In this document: piece after piece, positions 1-12,860 of the stretch
Layout: each line of letters begins with the position of its first letter
How positions within the stretch are numbered: the first letter of the stretch is position 1
From: Basidiobolus meristosporus CBS 931.73
Lineage: Eukaryota; Fungi; Basidiobolomycota
Length of the DNA: 64,000 bases
Assembly: GCA_002104905.1 (NCBI GenBank)
Contig: MCFE01000001.1
Coordinates: 281,099-345,098 of the forward strand
Reading direction: 5' to 3'
The notes under the pieces: model-generated
The model's database searches: none
What the model saw: only the letters and a program-made list of their open reading frames with translations
Told to the model about the DNA's origin: nothing
Position numbers and translations under genes: made by a program

Positions 1-52
1 TCAATGTAATCCTACACGTCATCCAACAATTGGTTTGAATTCCACCGGATCA

Positions 53-107
53 ATATCATGGGAATTAGAATAAATGGGTTATATCATGGGAATTAGAATA
101 AATGGGT
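53..107. repeat. 28-bp-period tandem duplication
   Basis: ATATCATGGGAATTAGAATAAATGGGT at 53-79 and 81-107. Confidence 0.9.
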
Positions 108-246
108 CGGTGATTTGGAATTCATGATGATTTGTTAATACGATCCTCGAGAGAGCGGCGCTGAGTGCGAGTGCGAGTGCGATTAAAGTCCTCGAGAAAC
201 CACTGCTTGCTTCCAGCCCATTTTTCCCACTGTTTGTCTCGAGAAT

Positions 247-2580
247 ATGATAGATCTGATTACTGTACTGACCAAGAGTGGTATCGTGTTGTGGTCCAAA
301 TCGTACGCTTCCATCCAAGGCTCTCCGATAAACTCGTTGGTGAAAGAGGTGTTGATCGAAGAACGCGGTGGGGATAACACCTACACTCGCGATTCTTATG
401 TGCTCAACTGGACTTTCGCAAACGAGTTGGATCTGGTCTTCGTGGTATGTGAGGTGTATCCTCGACAACAAAATATGCTACATACTAATCGTTACCCTTA
501 CAACCACAACCGTGCCATCTTCCTCCGCTAGATTGTCAACCAGAAGATCTTACAGCTCACCTACATAGATGAACTCTTGGAAACGGTCAAGCAGGTGTTT
601 TGCAAGGCATACGGCCAGGAGGTAAAACTCCAAGGGGAACTACCCGTCATCGAGTTCGACAACAAATTTGAAACCATCCTTCAACACGTCGAGTCAAAGG
701 ATGCTCAAGCCAGAAAATCCAGGGTTCCCAAACGTTTTGAGGAAACAAAGAAATTCAACAACACCCTGGAAGGTTCCAAGGTGAAGCCAGGTACGTACCG
801 CGTATCGCTCCCTGGCCACGAAGCGTTTCACTAAGTATTTCGCTTGATTTCCCCCACGCCACTCATGTCACAGCCAGCAAGCAAGAGACTGGCACTGTGG
901 ATCCGGACGAGATTGCTAAAAATATTGAAGCACTGCGCTCCCGCAAGTCACCCAAGATGGGAGGGAAGAACCCCCGTGGGAAGAAGGTCACTCAATCCCC
1001 AACTTTGTCAGAGTAAGTTTCTCTAGCTGCGTAAATTAGCGTATTAGCACATGCTGAATGTTTCTCCTCCTACCAGCGACGGGGTGAAGAAGGGTAAGAA
1101 GAAGGAGCTCCGAGTATGGGATGATGGAAAGGTAACCAAGTCGCAGATGGAGCGACTGGATTACAGTAACAAGGAGGCTGGTGACCAACAGCAGCATAAT
1201 GCTGGGTTGGAGCAGTTGGTAAGCGGGGGAACCGAGTAGCCTTTTCGAACTGTTCATGGCATTGACTCAGGTCTCAACAGGTCGACCGGAATGCATTTAA
1301 GAAATCCTCTGAAGAAGGGATATTTGAGGTCCAGGATCTCTCCGAGTCTGAGGAGAGTGACTTTGAGATCGCTGGCGAGGAAGCCGCTGCACCTGACAGC
1401 CGGTTTATGTCTTTCTTCAAGTCGGTTACTGGGCAGAAGGTGATCACCGAGGAAGATCTGAGACCAGTGCTTGCACAAATGAAAGAGCATCTCATCAAAA
1501 AGAACGTTGCTGCCGACATCTCTGCCCATCTGTGCGAGTCGGTTTCCAAGAGCATTGTTGGACAAAAACTGGGCAGCTTCGATAGTAAGTGTGCCGACAG
1601 CAGAGTAATCGGCGGCCTTTCATTGACCATGATTTAAATCACTTGTAGGTCTAGCAAAGGCGGTAAAGCGTGCCATGGAATCTGCGCTCAAGAGGATCCT
1701 AACCCCTCGCACTTCCGTCGACTTGTTGCGTGACATCGCTGTCGCTCGCCAGGAGAACCGTCCATATAGTATAGTGTTTATTGGTGTTAACGGGGTGGGG
1801 AAATCCACGAACCTTTCCAAAACCTGCTTTTGGCTGCTGCAGAACAAAATGAAAGTACTGATCGCTGCCTGCGATACGTTCAGATCTGGTGCAGTTGAGC
1901 AGCTGCGTGTTCATGCTCGCAATCTCAAGGCGCTCGAACAGAACGCCGTCGTCGACCTCTTTGAAAGAGGCTACGGCAAGGATTCGGCCACTATTGCCAA
2001 AGAGGCCATTGCATATGGTAAGAACGCAGACCACCCCCGACATTTCCGGAACTTGTCCTCTAACTTCCCCCGTATAGGTAAGACGAATGGGTACGACGTT
2101 GTTCTAATCGATACTGCCGGGCGTATGCAAGACAACGAACCGCTGATGCGTGCATTAGCCAAGGTAACCGTTAGCCTAGACCGACTCTATTCCGCTCAAC
2201 CTCTAACGCTTTTACAGCTTGTTTCGGTGAATAATCCTGACAAAATCATCTTCGTGGGTGAAGCACTGGTCGGTAACGAGGCTGTCGACCAATTGAAGAA
2301 GTTCAACCAAGCCTTGAAGGATTTCTCCGGGCTTCAGAACCCCCGTCACATTGACGGAATCATTCTCACCAAGTTCGACACGATCGATGACAAGGTAAAC
2401 ACGACCATAATTGCATTAAGCAGAGCAATCCGCTGACTTCTTACACACAAGGTTGGTGCTGCGCTGTCGATGACCTTTACCACTGGGCAGCCGATCCTCT
2501 TTGTCGGCACTGGGCAGACCTACACTGATTTAAAGAACATGCGTGTGGGCAATGTAGTTCAAGCATTGCTGAAGGATTAG
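247..2580 (+). CDS. SRP101: Signal recognition particle receptor alpha subunit (multi-exon)
   Basis: N-terminal [16 protein letters not shown] (SRX domain); SRP GTPase motifs [26 protein letters not shown]; final exon ends [12 protein letters not shown]...LLKD-TAG; several GT-AG introns. Confidence 0.93.
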
Positions 2581-2982
2581 TGGAGATTGTTTACGTTTAC
2601 TTTTTAATATCCAGCTTCACGAGGTTTCTGTATATAAATCATCTCAATCACCTAAATCACCGCCAGTCAATAAAATGCTATATTTGGACCTGGCTATCTT
2701 TACATCTACGGGCATCTATATTAAGCAGCCACTCTTTGTCTATTACATTTGCATGCCCTATAGGCCAAGTTGGATTGTCGTTTAAAGTTCAATAGCCAAC
2801 GCATGAATCTATCTTGATTGGCTTGTGGAATCTTCGACAACATCTCCTCCACACAAACCAATCAAGTAATATTTCGAATTGCCTACCAAAAAGCGGATTG
2901 ACTCGGGTATTGTATACACGCAACGTGTTGGTTAAATAGCCCCCTGGCATGAGCCAATGACCCTTTACCCAAGGTTATCGTA

Positions 2983-4754
2983 ATGTCCTTCGACCTAGAC
3001 AACATCAAACAAGCTTCTGCTAGCCATCCCGTGCCAGAGGGTGTGACCTTTGCCTATGGTACTGCTGGTTTCCGTATGCAGTAAGTGCCGGTTGCTCTTT
3101 GCTGCTTTGAGCGGGTCGCTTACGTTTCTTACCTCCCTCTAGTGCCGACCTTTTGGATTCCGTCATCTTTAGAACTGCTATCTTGGCCGTCCTTCGCTCC
3201 AAGAAACTCGACGGCAAAACCATTGGTATCATGATCACCGCCTCCCACAACCCTGAGCAGGTTCATCTTGACGATTTTTTCGCATCCCTTCACAGCGGCG
3301 GCTGACCATACTGTTTCTAGGATAACGGTGTAAAGGTTGTCGACCCTTTGGGTGAGATGCTCGAGCAAAGCTGGGAAGTTTACGCTACTCAGCTTGCCAA
3401 CGCCCGCACTCCCTCAAATCTGGTCGAGGAGCTCGTGAAGATCATTCTTGCTGCCAAGATCGATCTCTCCAAGCCAGCAAGAATCGTCTTCGCCAGAGAC
3501 ACAAGGCCCAGTGGCCCAGCTCTGGTTACCTCCTTGATCGATGGTTTGAAGGCTACTGAGGCTCAGTTCATCGACCATCAAATCAAGACCACTCCTCAAC
3601 TTCACTACGTGGTTCGTTGCCTGAATACCGCTGGCACCCCTGAGGCATACGGAGAGCCTACCGAAGAGGGTTACTACAACAAGCTCGCCATCGCATTCAA
3701 GAAGCTCACCCAAGGCAAGCGTAGACTCTCTCCTTTGTACGTTGACTGTGCCAACGGTGTGGGTGCTCCTAAGCTTCGCAACTTGGCCAAGGTAATCGGC
3801 GAAGATACCCTCGAGGTCAACATCGTCAACGACGAAATCGATACCAAGGGCAAGCTCAACTTCCAGTGTGGTGCTGATTTTGTGAAGGTCAATCAAAACT
3901 TCCCCCACGGTATGTCGCTTAGCTATGGTGATCGTGCTTGCTCCTTCGACGGGGACGCTGACCGTATTGTCTACTACTATGTGGACTCTGACAACAAGAC
4001 CTTCAAGCTTTTGGACGGTGACAAGATCTCTGGTTTGGCTGCCATGTACATCAGAGAGCTTGTCCAGGCTGCTGGCTTGGAGGGTGTGAATGTTGGGGTG
4101 GTACAAACTGCTTACGCCAATGGCAACTCCACCACATACCTCACCAAGAACCTTGGTCTTCCAGTGTCTTGTGTATGCACTGGTGTCAAGCATCTTCACC
4201 ACGAAGCCGAGAAGTATGATGTCGGAGTCTACTTTGAAGCCAACGGTCACGGCACTGTCGTTTTCAGCCCCCAAGCCATGCGCACTATTCATACCACCGA
4301 AGGACGCACTCCTGCTCAGGCTGCTGCCATTGAGCAATTGCGTGCTTTGACCGAGGTGATCAACCAAGCGGTTGGTGACGCCATTTCGGACATGTTGCTT
4401 GTGGAGGCTATCCTTACCCACCGTCAATGGAGCTTGAAGGAGTGGGATCAAGCCTACACCGACTTGCCCAGTCGCTTGGTTAAAGTGGTCGTCGATGATC
4501 GTACCATCTTCAAGACCACCAAGGCTGACACTGTATTGACCTCTCCTGAAGGATTGCAGTCCAAGATCGATGAGCTTGTTGCCAAATACAAGGATGGGAG
4601 ATCTTTCGTTCGTCCCTCCGGCACCGAAGATGTTGTCCGTGTGTATGCCGAGGCTGCTACCCGCCACGAGTGTGACGAGCTTGCCTTCAAGGTCGGTGGG
4701 CTCATCTTCGACCAAGCTGGTGGTAAGGGCGACCGTCCCCGGGAATTCTTGTAA
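2983..4754 (+). CDS. PCM1: Phosphoacetylglucosamine mutase (PGM3/AGM1)
   Basis: [38 protein letters not shown] motifs; two 5' introns then a long exon to 4754. Confidence 0.95.
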
Positions 4755-4969
4755 GCGATCCAATTCGAATAGCATTTCACACTAATTGCAATCTCTGTTC
4801 AATCCTGAATAAATTGAAATAACCTCCGTTTGTAATATAATCAGCTTATTTATTGAAATATCCATCACCCGATTGCTTTCGGTTTCTTTTATACATGTAT
4901 ATGTATATATATAATTTATCTGGTTGATACTTTTTTGCTTATTTATATTTGATCGTATTATCCGCGTGC

Positions 4970-6502
4970 CTAGACAGAAGTTGTAGTGGAGCTGGAGATA
5001 CTAGTAGGGGAGGTTGGTTCAGCTGGTGGGCCCGATTCTGCACTAGTGGGAGCACTCGGCTCGCCACTAGTTGGAGCAGTTTCTGCACTGGTAGGAGCAC
5101 CAGACTCAGCCGGACTCGACTCAGCATTGGTAGGGGCACTTGACTCACTAGGGGAACTAGGTTCACCACTAGTGGGAGCACTGGACTCTGCCGGGCTCGA
5201 CTCAGCACTGGTAGGGGTACTTGACTCGCCAGGGGAACTAGGTTCACCACTAGTTGGAGCACCCGACGCTACCGGACTCGACTCAGCACTGGTAGGGGCA
5301 CTTGACTCACCAGGGGCGCTAGATTCACCGCTAGTGGGAGCACTTGACTCTGCCGGACTCGACTCAGCACTGGTAGGGGCACTTGACTCACTAGGGGAAC
5401 TAGGCTCGCCGCCAGTGGGAGCACTTGATTCTGCCAGACTCGACTCAGCACTGGTAGGGGCACTTGGCTCACTAGGGGAACTAGGCTCGCCGCTAGTGGG
5501 AGCACTTGATTCTGCTGGACTCGCCTCAGCACTGGTAGGGGCACTTGACTCACCAGGGGAGCTAGGTTCACCGCTAGTGGGAGCACTTGATTCTGCTGGA
5601 CTCGACTCAGCACTGGTAGGGGCACTTGACTCACTAGGGGAACTAGGCTCGCCGCTAGTAGGGGCACCAGACTCAGCCGGACTCGACTCAGCACTGGTAG
5701 GGGCACTTGACTCACCAGGGGAGCTAGGTTCACCGCTAGTGGGAGCGCTTGATTCTGCTGGACTCGACTCAGCACCAGTAGGAGCACCGGACTCACCAGG
5801 GGAACTAGGCTCGCCGCTAGTAGGAGCACTTGATTCTGCCGGACTCGACTCAGCACTGGTAGGGGCACTTGATTCGCTAGGGGAACTGGGCTCACTGCTA
5901 GTAGGAGCACCAGACTCAACCGGACTCGACTCAGCACTGGTAGGGGCACTTGACTCACCAGGAGAGCTAGGTTCGCCGCTAGTGGGAGCACTTGACTCAT
6001 TAGGGGAACTAGGCTCACTGCTAGTAGGAGCACTTGATTCTGCCGGACTCGACTCAGCACCAGTAGGGGTACCGGACTCACCAGGGGAACTGGGCTCACC
6101 GCTAGTGGGAGCACTTGATTCTGCCGGACTCGACTCGGCACCAGTAGGGGTACCGGACTCACCAGGGGAACTGGGCTCGCCGCTAGTAGGAGCACTTGAT
6201 TCTGCTGGACTCGACTGTACACTAGTAGGCCCGGTTGACATGGGTACACCGGGTGTAGTTGAAGTGTGGAAAGTTGAGGTAGTCACCGACGATATAACAT
6301 TGGTGCTGGTAACCGTGCTCAAACCCGTAAAAGTAGTTGTGGTGGTCGTTTGATAAGAGAGCACTGATTGTAGCAATTTGGGAAAATTGTCATCGGGACC
6401 CTCGGGATTCTCAGCCTCGATCCATCCTTGGTGAATTGGGGAGGAGTTAGAAACCAATGTGAGCGAGGCCAACACGGCGAGGAAGAAGGCTTTGGAAAGC
6501 AT
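4970..6502 (-). CDS. Secreted Ser/Pro/Ala/Glu/Thr-rich tandem-repeat (mucin-like) protein, ~510 aa
   Basis: Signal peptide MLSKAFFLAVLASLTLVSNS at ATG 6502; Thr-rich linker; repeats of ESSPAESSAPTSGEPSSPGESSAPTSA; no hydrophobic C-terminal tail. Confidence 0.8.
   Translation of the reverse strand: MLSKAFFLAVLASLTLVSNSSPIHQGWIEAENPEGPDDNFPKLLQSVLSYQTTTTTTFTGLSTVTSTNVISSVTTSTFHTSTTPGVPMSTGPTSVQSSPAESSAPTSGEPSSPGESGTPTGAESSPAESSAPTSGEPSSPGESGTPTGAESSPAESSAPTSSEPSSPNESSAPTSGEPSSPGESSAPTSAESSPVESGAPTSSEPSSPSESSAPTSAESSPAESSAPTSGEPSSPGESGAPTGAESSPAESSAPTSGEPSSPGESSAPTSAESSPAESGAPTSGEPSSPSESSAPTSAESSPAESSAPTSGEPSSPGESSAPTSAEASPAESSAPTSGEPSSPSEPSAPTSAESSLAESSAPTGGEPSSPSESSAPTSAESSPAESSAPTSGESSAPGESSAPTSAESSPVASGAPTSGEPSSPGESSTPTSAESSPAESSAPTSGEPSSPSESSAPTNAESSPAESGAPTSAETAPTSGEPSAPTSAESGPPAEPTSPTSISSSTTTSV
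5040..6216 (-). repeat. Coding tandem repeat, 81-bp (27 aa) period with 39/42-bp subunits
   Basis: Recurring GCCGGACTCGACTCAGCACTGGTAGGGGCACTTGACTCAC...GGGGAACTAGG units. Confidence 0.95.
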
Positions 6503-7435
6503 AGCAACAGAGGGAACAGAATGAGTGACTGTGGAACCAGGCTGATGCACCTTGGGCCTCTTTATACTGCGCGGTGGTTGCAAAAATAGCCTTGATTACT
6601 GACGTGATTATGGTATTTTTGCGGTAGACACCATGTCCACACAGCTATCCATGGAGCATATAAATAACCAAGAACCTACTCCACAACATCACGAATAGGC
6701 ACCAGTAGGCAAGCGATATTATTAACCTTGAGGCAACCCCGCGTTTGCCACTGAGGAAAGACCACTTGCATAAGCTCAGATCAATGCTAAGAGGCAATGC
6801 ATAAATCACCGGAGGTTATTTTTAGCCCGGGTTTACTTATTGACTGACGGTGGTGGTCTAGCCAATTCGTTACCAACCCATTGTTGCTGTTACATCATTC
6901 CCCAGAGTGACTTACTATTTGTACGCGCTTCAGATGGAACAATTACCCGATTCTGAGGGTGAGCCTATCACCTGGCATGAAGCGTTCTCACCGGCCCAAA
7001 CCAATAACAGCGTTGGATGTGTTGTGTTGTCAGGATCTTCATATGTTGCTCTAGGTGAGCCATACAAGGGCAATCATTCGTGTGCTGTCATTCTGGACGG
7101 TGCTACAATCAAGGCTAGCGATGAGTCATTCTGCTTTGAGCAATGATAAGGTTGTCCCACAGCCACATAAATCCAAAAATCAATCCTAATGTAAAGGTCT
7201 GGTGACGCAAATCTTAAATGCCGAGATCAGTTCGCATCCACAAGTAGCGATTTACCAAGTGCTTTTGACACATTCCGATTTTCCTGGGGGTCAGGCTTAA
7301 GCGATGATTGGGGAGTTGATGGCAGAATATATAGTTGATGCCCCTGTCAACTGGACCTCAGTGTACTTTGGGTCTATACTCTTTTTGTAGCGCACCAAAC
7401 CTTGCAACCTCGCGAAAGTTCTTATCACTGCAACA

Positions 7436-8782
7436 ATGGCTACCAAGCAAATAACTAAGCCTGAGATCTCCGTCAAACGTATCTACTTGTTGCGAAGCCT
7501 CAACCTGCCTCTTCACCCACTAAGCCTTGCCCTTTCTAGCTCTCCCATTCCACCTTCAGTTTGTGGCTGGTGCCGTTGCTGGAGTCAGTGAGATCCTGAC
7601 CATGTACCCCCTGGATGGTATGTCATAGAGTGCTATTTCAAGGACCAGCCAGATACTCATTGTTTGCTAGTTGTCAAAACCAGGTTCCAACTTCAGGTTG
7701 GAAAAGGCGGTGCCGAAGGGTACACCTCTATTGCGGACTGCTTCAGAAAGATTATCAAGACTGAAGGGTACACGGACCAACTCCCAAAGCCTTCCCTTTG
7801 GACTTCCGTGCTAACCAGCCTATCTTGAATATAGCTTTGGCCGCTTGTACCGTGGTATCATCCCCCCTGTCATGGTCGAGGCTCCTAAGCGTGCCATTAA
7901 GTTTGCCGCTAACGAGCAATACAGTATACTGTACAAGAACCTCTTCGGGATGCCTAAAATGACCCAATCCCTATCCATTCTCACTGGTGTCAGCGCTGGT
8001 GTTACTGAAGCCTTTGTGGTTGTTTCCTTTGAGCTGGTGAAGATTCGTTTGCAAGACAAGAACAACGTAAGTGGCTCATCCCCAGACACGACTTCTTCCC
8101 CATTTTTAGGTGCTAATGTTTACAACAGGCTGGTAGATATAATGGCACAATGGATTGTGTTAGAAAGATCCTTGCTGAAGAAGGTAGGGTTTGTCTTTGT
8201 GCATATGGTCCCAGAGTCAAGTATTGATGGGAGCCCACTCTTCACGACAGGTCCTCTCGCTTTCTTCAAGGGCCTGGAGGCCACCATATACCGCCACGCC
8301 TTCTGGAACGGTGGCTATTTCGGAGTGATTTATGGAGTAAGATCTGCTCTCCCCGAGGCTCAGGTAAATCTTACGTTGATAAGCAATCTCTAAACGTACC
8401 AGCTTTTAAACAATCAACCAAAGACCAAGCAGGGTGAATTGCTTCGCAACTTCACGGCAGGAGCCATTGGCGGCACCGCCGGTACCCTCCTCAACACACC
8501 ATTCGATGTTGTCAAAACCAGAATTCAGAACCAAGCCCCTGGAATCATTCCCAAGTACAACTGGGCCTTCCCAGCCATCAAGACCGTTTACAAGGAGGAA
8601 GGGTAAGGAACTGATATAGCATGTGTAGTAGTGCCCATCAAATGACTCACGAATATCCATGCAGATTCGGCGCTTTGTACAAAGGATTCGTTCCCAAGGT
8701 GCTGAGATTAGGACCAGGTGGAGGTATCTTGCTGGTGGTCTTCGACCAAGTCAGCACCCTTCTGCGGAAGAACTTCATGTAA
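7436..8782 (+). CDS. ODC1: Mitochondrial 2-oxodicarboxylate carrier (SLC25A21-like)
   Basis: FVAGAVAGVSEILTMYPLDVVKTR, EAPKRAIKFAANEQY, NTPFDVVKTRIQ, LRLGPGGGILLVV; many short introns. Confidence 0.85.
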
Positions 8783-9232
8783 TCAAGCACTCTGTATACC
8801 CACTACCCACTTCCCACTACCCACTACTACTCCAAGTGATTCCCGACTCTGTCCCATTCCACCAATGCTTCCTCCCCTCAATTCAAACTTCAAATGAAAT
8901 AAGGAACATTCCACTGACGTTCAACGGAAAGAATTGTACTACACTTGGTGGAACCCACCGGAACAGGTTATTGCTGTCAAATAAGTTTCCCAAACACCCA
9001 ATGCAAATGTACGTCCCAAGTGCCCAATCAATATCACCACTCGGATCAAACATTCCAATTCGGAGAAATCCAGAATGCCATCACTTGGACCAAATATCGG
9101 TTTCAAACAAATGGGCATTAGTCTCCGAGAGGTGGGGATGATCTGGATATAAGCGGGCGAGCCCTGGCCCAGCCAACACGTAGCCTTTCCTTCTAAACCC
9201 ACTGGTTAGGCCAGCTCTAACTTCCTTCTGTG

Positions 9233-10629
9233 ATGTATAAAATCCCCTTAATTCTCGTATTGGTTAAATTGATATCAGGAGGGATTGGAGTTCCCTTGGA
9301 AGACGTGGAGTCGGAGAGCGTATGTTATGACCATCCGAACCCGCTGGATGTCGACGATGTTGTTCCCACGGATTGTAGCTATTTCTCGGAGGAGAATACT
9401 TACAAACAGGAACAACCGGCGATGAGGCTGGCTTCTTTTCGATGCACTGAAAGCCCGGCAGTCTGCGAAAAAGCCAAAGCTACATTCCAAATAGCTTTTG
9501 ATCTCTTGGGCAACGTGATAGAGTTCAAGCGGCCGGTGAACGTGAAGGCGTCCTATGTAAATTATTGTCGAGATATGGGATGGTGTCGTTCGTCGTTGCT
9601 AGGTAAGTGAAGCACCTCCATGCGAGGAGCGCCAGAGCACTAATAGAGATGTGTAGGCTATGCCGGCCCGGCCAGAAGTATCCGATTGAAAAGTAGCGAT
9701 GGAAAGTACCGAATGTATCCACAGGGATTGGTGAAGCAAATGAACTCGACGGACTCTTCGCGGTTCAGTGGACTAGACATTCAGGCTACCTTTAACTCCG
9801 AGACGAGGTTTTGGTTCCAAGTGGTAAGTGGCCAACGTGAACCTCATCACCCCTCTCAACTCGAGCTCACCAACAAACAACCCAGGACAACAACCCCATC
9901 AAGAGAGGCCAATACGATTTCCTCTCAGTGATTCTTCACGAGCTGGTCCATGGCCTAGGCTTTACCACCCAGTGGAACAGCTACTACAACATTGGCTTAA
10001 TGCCAAGGCCAAGCTTTTCCAACTCGAGAAACGGCCGGGCAAGATTCTCCGGCTTCACCGAGAACGCTTTCGACCAATACCTAGTGGAGGTGCCGACCAT
10101 GACCAAACTAACCAAGATTGCCGACCAGATAAGCAGCAAGTTACGCTCGCAGGAGTATGAACGCGTTTCCTCAAAAGCAGGGATTCTTCGAAAGTTCCAG
10201 GATTCGGTGGATTCCCACCTTCCCAGGGATCTGCTGAAGGCCGTTACAAAGCCCCGAACCATCGGATTCCTTCCAAAAAATTCCAAGGATGTCATCTTCT
10301 TGGAGACCTCGATCCGTAGATTCACGCAGGGTAGCTCGCTATGTCACCTGGATTACCGAAGCAACCTCAACTCGCCCGATTTCGTGATGAAATACAAGAG
10401 CGGGCCTGGCTCGATTCAATCAAAGCTGAGCAAGATCAAGCTAAACAAATACTCCCCGATCGGCCCTCAGCTTATCAGCATTCTGGAAACCTTGGGATAC
10501 AAGATAAACCCAAATCCCAGGCCATTGTCAGAGCTGCTTCCCCACTGGGGCAACAAGCGACTGGAATCGAATGAAGTGCACGAGCACTCGAAGCAATTCA
10601 CGGCTGACGAAGAGCTGCTTTTGAGATGA
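9233..10629 (+). CDS. Secreted putative zinc metalloprotease (HEXXH)
   Basis: Signal-like N-terminus MYKIPLILVLVKLISGGIG; HELVHGLGF motif; downstream SLCHLD; two introns. Confidence 0.65.
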
Positions 10630-10776
10630 ACAAATCCACCACCGATGAAGGGCAGGTTTTAAGACGAACAGTGACCTTTATTTACATGGATAATTGGCGT
10701 TCAGTGCTGTGCTGTGTTGTGTTGAGATGTATATAGATTTAGGAGGGATTAACTTGTGCGTAGCCATTGTATAGAC

Positions 10777-12679
10777 TCAGGGATGTATAACCGTAACCAA
10801 ATATTCTTGATATCTGTTTAAGATCAGTTTAAATTCTTTTCGAGATAAATTTTCTCGATACATAATCTCCTCTACATGGTGCTTTCCGTCGAAGTACTGG
10901 GTCAACCTGAAGACCGTTTGTTAGGCTGGGTGTTGATGTAATATGGGGGATAGCTTACCTCTGGAAAAGGGATGCCACTTCTCGGGGCTGGGAGGAGGCA
11001 AGCCTCTTCAGCCAGTCCCTTTCAACATCGGTGGCTTGTTCGGAGCCCGATATCAACGAGTAGGTTGAAGAGGCGACCAGCTCAGTGCTCATGTCGTGCT
11101 GGAGCTCTTCCAGCTCCTCGACGTTGTAGCCAAGCTTGATATGCTTGGGGATCATCAGGTATATGTACGTATGCAGCTGAATCACCAAGTCCTGCTTAAG
11201 CAAGTAAACCAACGCTTCGATGTAGACCGATCTCTGCTCTCTACTCGGGATGATGGAGGAATAGGCTTTCGGTGTGGAGAAGGAGGACAGCAGCGTAAAC
11301 AGGTCCAGTTGGGGGAAATCCGCCTGAAATTGCTCCGCAATGGTCGCCACACTAACAATCAAGAACGCCAGCTTAGTACCCGCCTGCCCATGCATCCGGG
11401 CGCTACCCACTTACTTGGTGAAGTTCGCGCGGGGTGGTGTGACGTAGACGTTTCGGATGCTGATGGCATCGATCAGCTTGGCTTTCTTCCAGTAGATCAG
11501 GTGCGCGGCTAAACGATAGATCTGGGCCAGAGAACAGTCGATGACCTCATGGAGTTCGGCAAGACTGTAGAAGATGGTTAGACCCAAGGCCTCGGGGAGC
11601 CGCTTTTGCTTACCTTTTTGTGGGAGTCAGGGCCTTGATGAACTGGATCAATGTGGGCGAGGAGTCAAACGGGATCTCGCTGACCAGCTGCTCGGCGTTT
11701 TCCAAGAGAAGCAGCGTGTGGTAGGGTCGCAGGACAGGGTAATGCTCGTACTGGTACTCGATGCTCTCCGTGTCGTCCTCCTCCAGGAAATTCAGCGAGG
11801 TTTTGGGCAAATACGGGGGGATCTGCAAAGACAGGCTGATGTAGTTGTTGACCTCGACCTGCGCGACCGATTTGGTTTTGACTGCGTAGTAGATGCGGGC
11901 AATGTCTCGCGCTAGGGAGCTTTGGGCCAACACCCTGCCCATCAACTCGTCGTATCCGAACTCAACTAAATCATTGGAAAATCCTGGTTACCCGCTGCAC
12001 TGTCTCCTAGAGTGGCTTGAAAATACCTACTGTTGGTCCCAGCCTCGTCGGTCAGCGCCATGATCCGATCCGCCTCTTGCCGAACGTAGCCGCACCGAAT
12101 TTGCTCGTATCGTAAAGCGGCCGTGAATTTGGTGATGACATGGTTATACAGATCCTCCACCTCCCTATTGAGGTCCAACGCCGCCGGCTCCATAACAAAC
12201 ACCAGATGGAACATGGTTACTTGCGAGACGGGGGTGTTGGAGTTTTCTTGTTTTTCGCCGGTGGGTGAGGAGTCGGAAGAGCTTGCCGCGGTTTTCGACT
12301 GGTGGTGGCCGTTTTCGGAGCCGGCCTCGTTTCTTTTGGTGAGATTCCGGATGATCAAGGTGGGATGGCCGACAAAGGTGAGCCCGTCGATGGTGAGTTG
12401 GAACCGGGAATCACACAGGGAAGCTTTGGGGGAGAGTATGTCCGCTAGCAGATGCGGTTCGTAGCCAAACAGATTTTCCGCGAGCCAGTTTCGCTTGACT
12501 TCGGACTGATCGAGGTTGCCGACCGAGAGCCGTTTGAAACTCGACTGGATGTTTTCTCCAGGGTCTGGGTGGCCTTCATTGCGCTCAGCGTTTGACACCG
12601 GGTTCTTCGGATATCTAAACACGAAGTGATGGCCTCTACTCGAGTTGACAATCAAAAGGATGGCTAACAAGGAAGGCAT
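10777..12679 (-). CDS. NPR3: Nitrogen permease regulator 3 (SEACIT/GATOR1 subunit, NPRL3)
   Basis: MPSLLAILLIVNSSRGHHFVFRYP start; FQLTIDGLTFVGHP; LRPYHTLLLL; last exon LTQYFDGKHHVEEIMYRENLSRKE...VIHP-TGA. Confidence 0.85.
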
Positions 12680-12860
12680 GCTAGTCCACGAAACCGTAGT
12701 GTGTGAGTGTGGTGTCTTCGAAACGTATGTACATCGTGCATAAATTATTAAATCAATAAATTTGAAGTCTACCAAGATTGATAATCCATGGATCCTCAAT
12801 GTCAATTCTGGATGGCTGCCGTAGGGTTGTATTGCTTGTTGACTGTTATTCCAGTAATTC

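Noticed and set aside
3414-4775. 453-aa antisense ORF over PCM1
   Set aside because: Shadow frame of a codon-biased gene; no motifs
5040-6216. Possible CRISPR array
   Set aside because: Contiguous coding repeats without unique spacers; eukaryotic context; no cas genes
4986-6353. 455-aa and 326-aa alternative-frame ORFs in the repeat
   Set aside because: Stop-free because the repeat unit lacks stops in those frames; only the signal-peptide frame is coherent
6907-7146. 79-aa ORF as a small gene
   Set aside because: No clear start, motif or splice support
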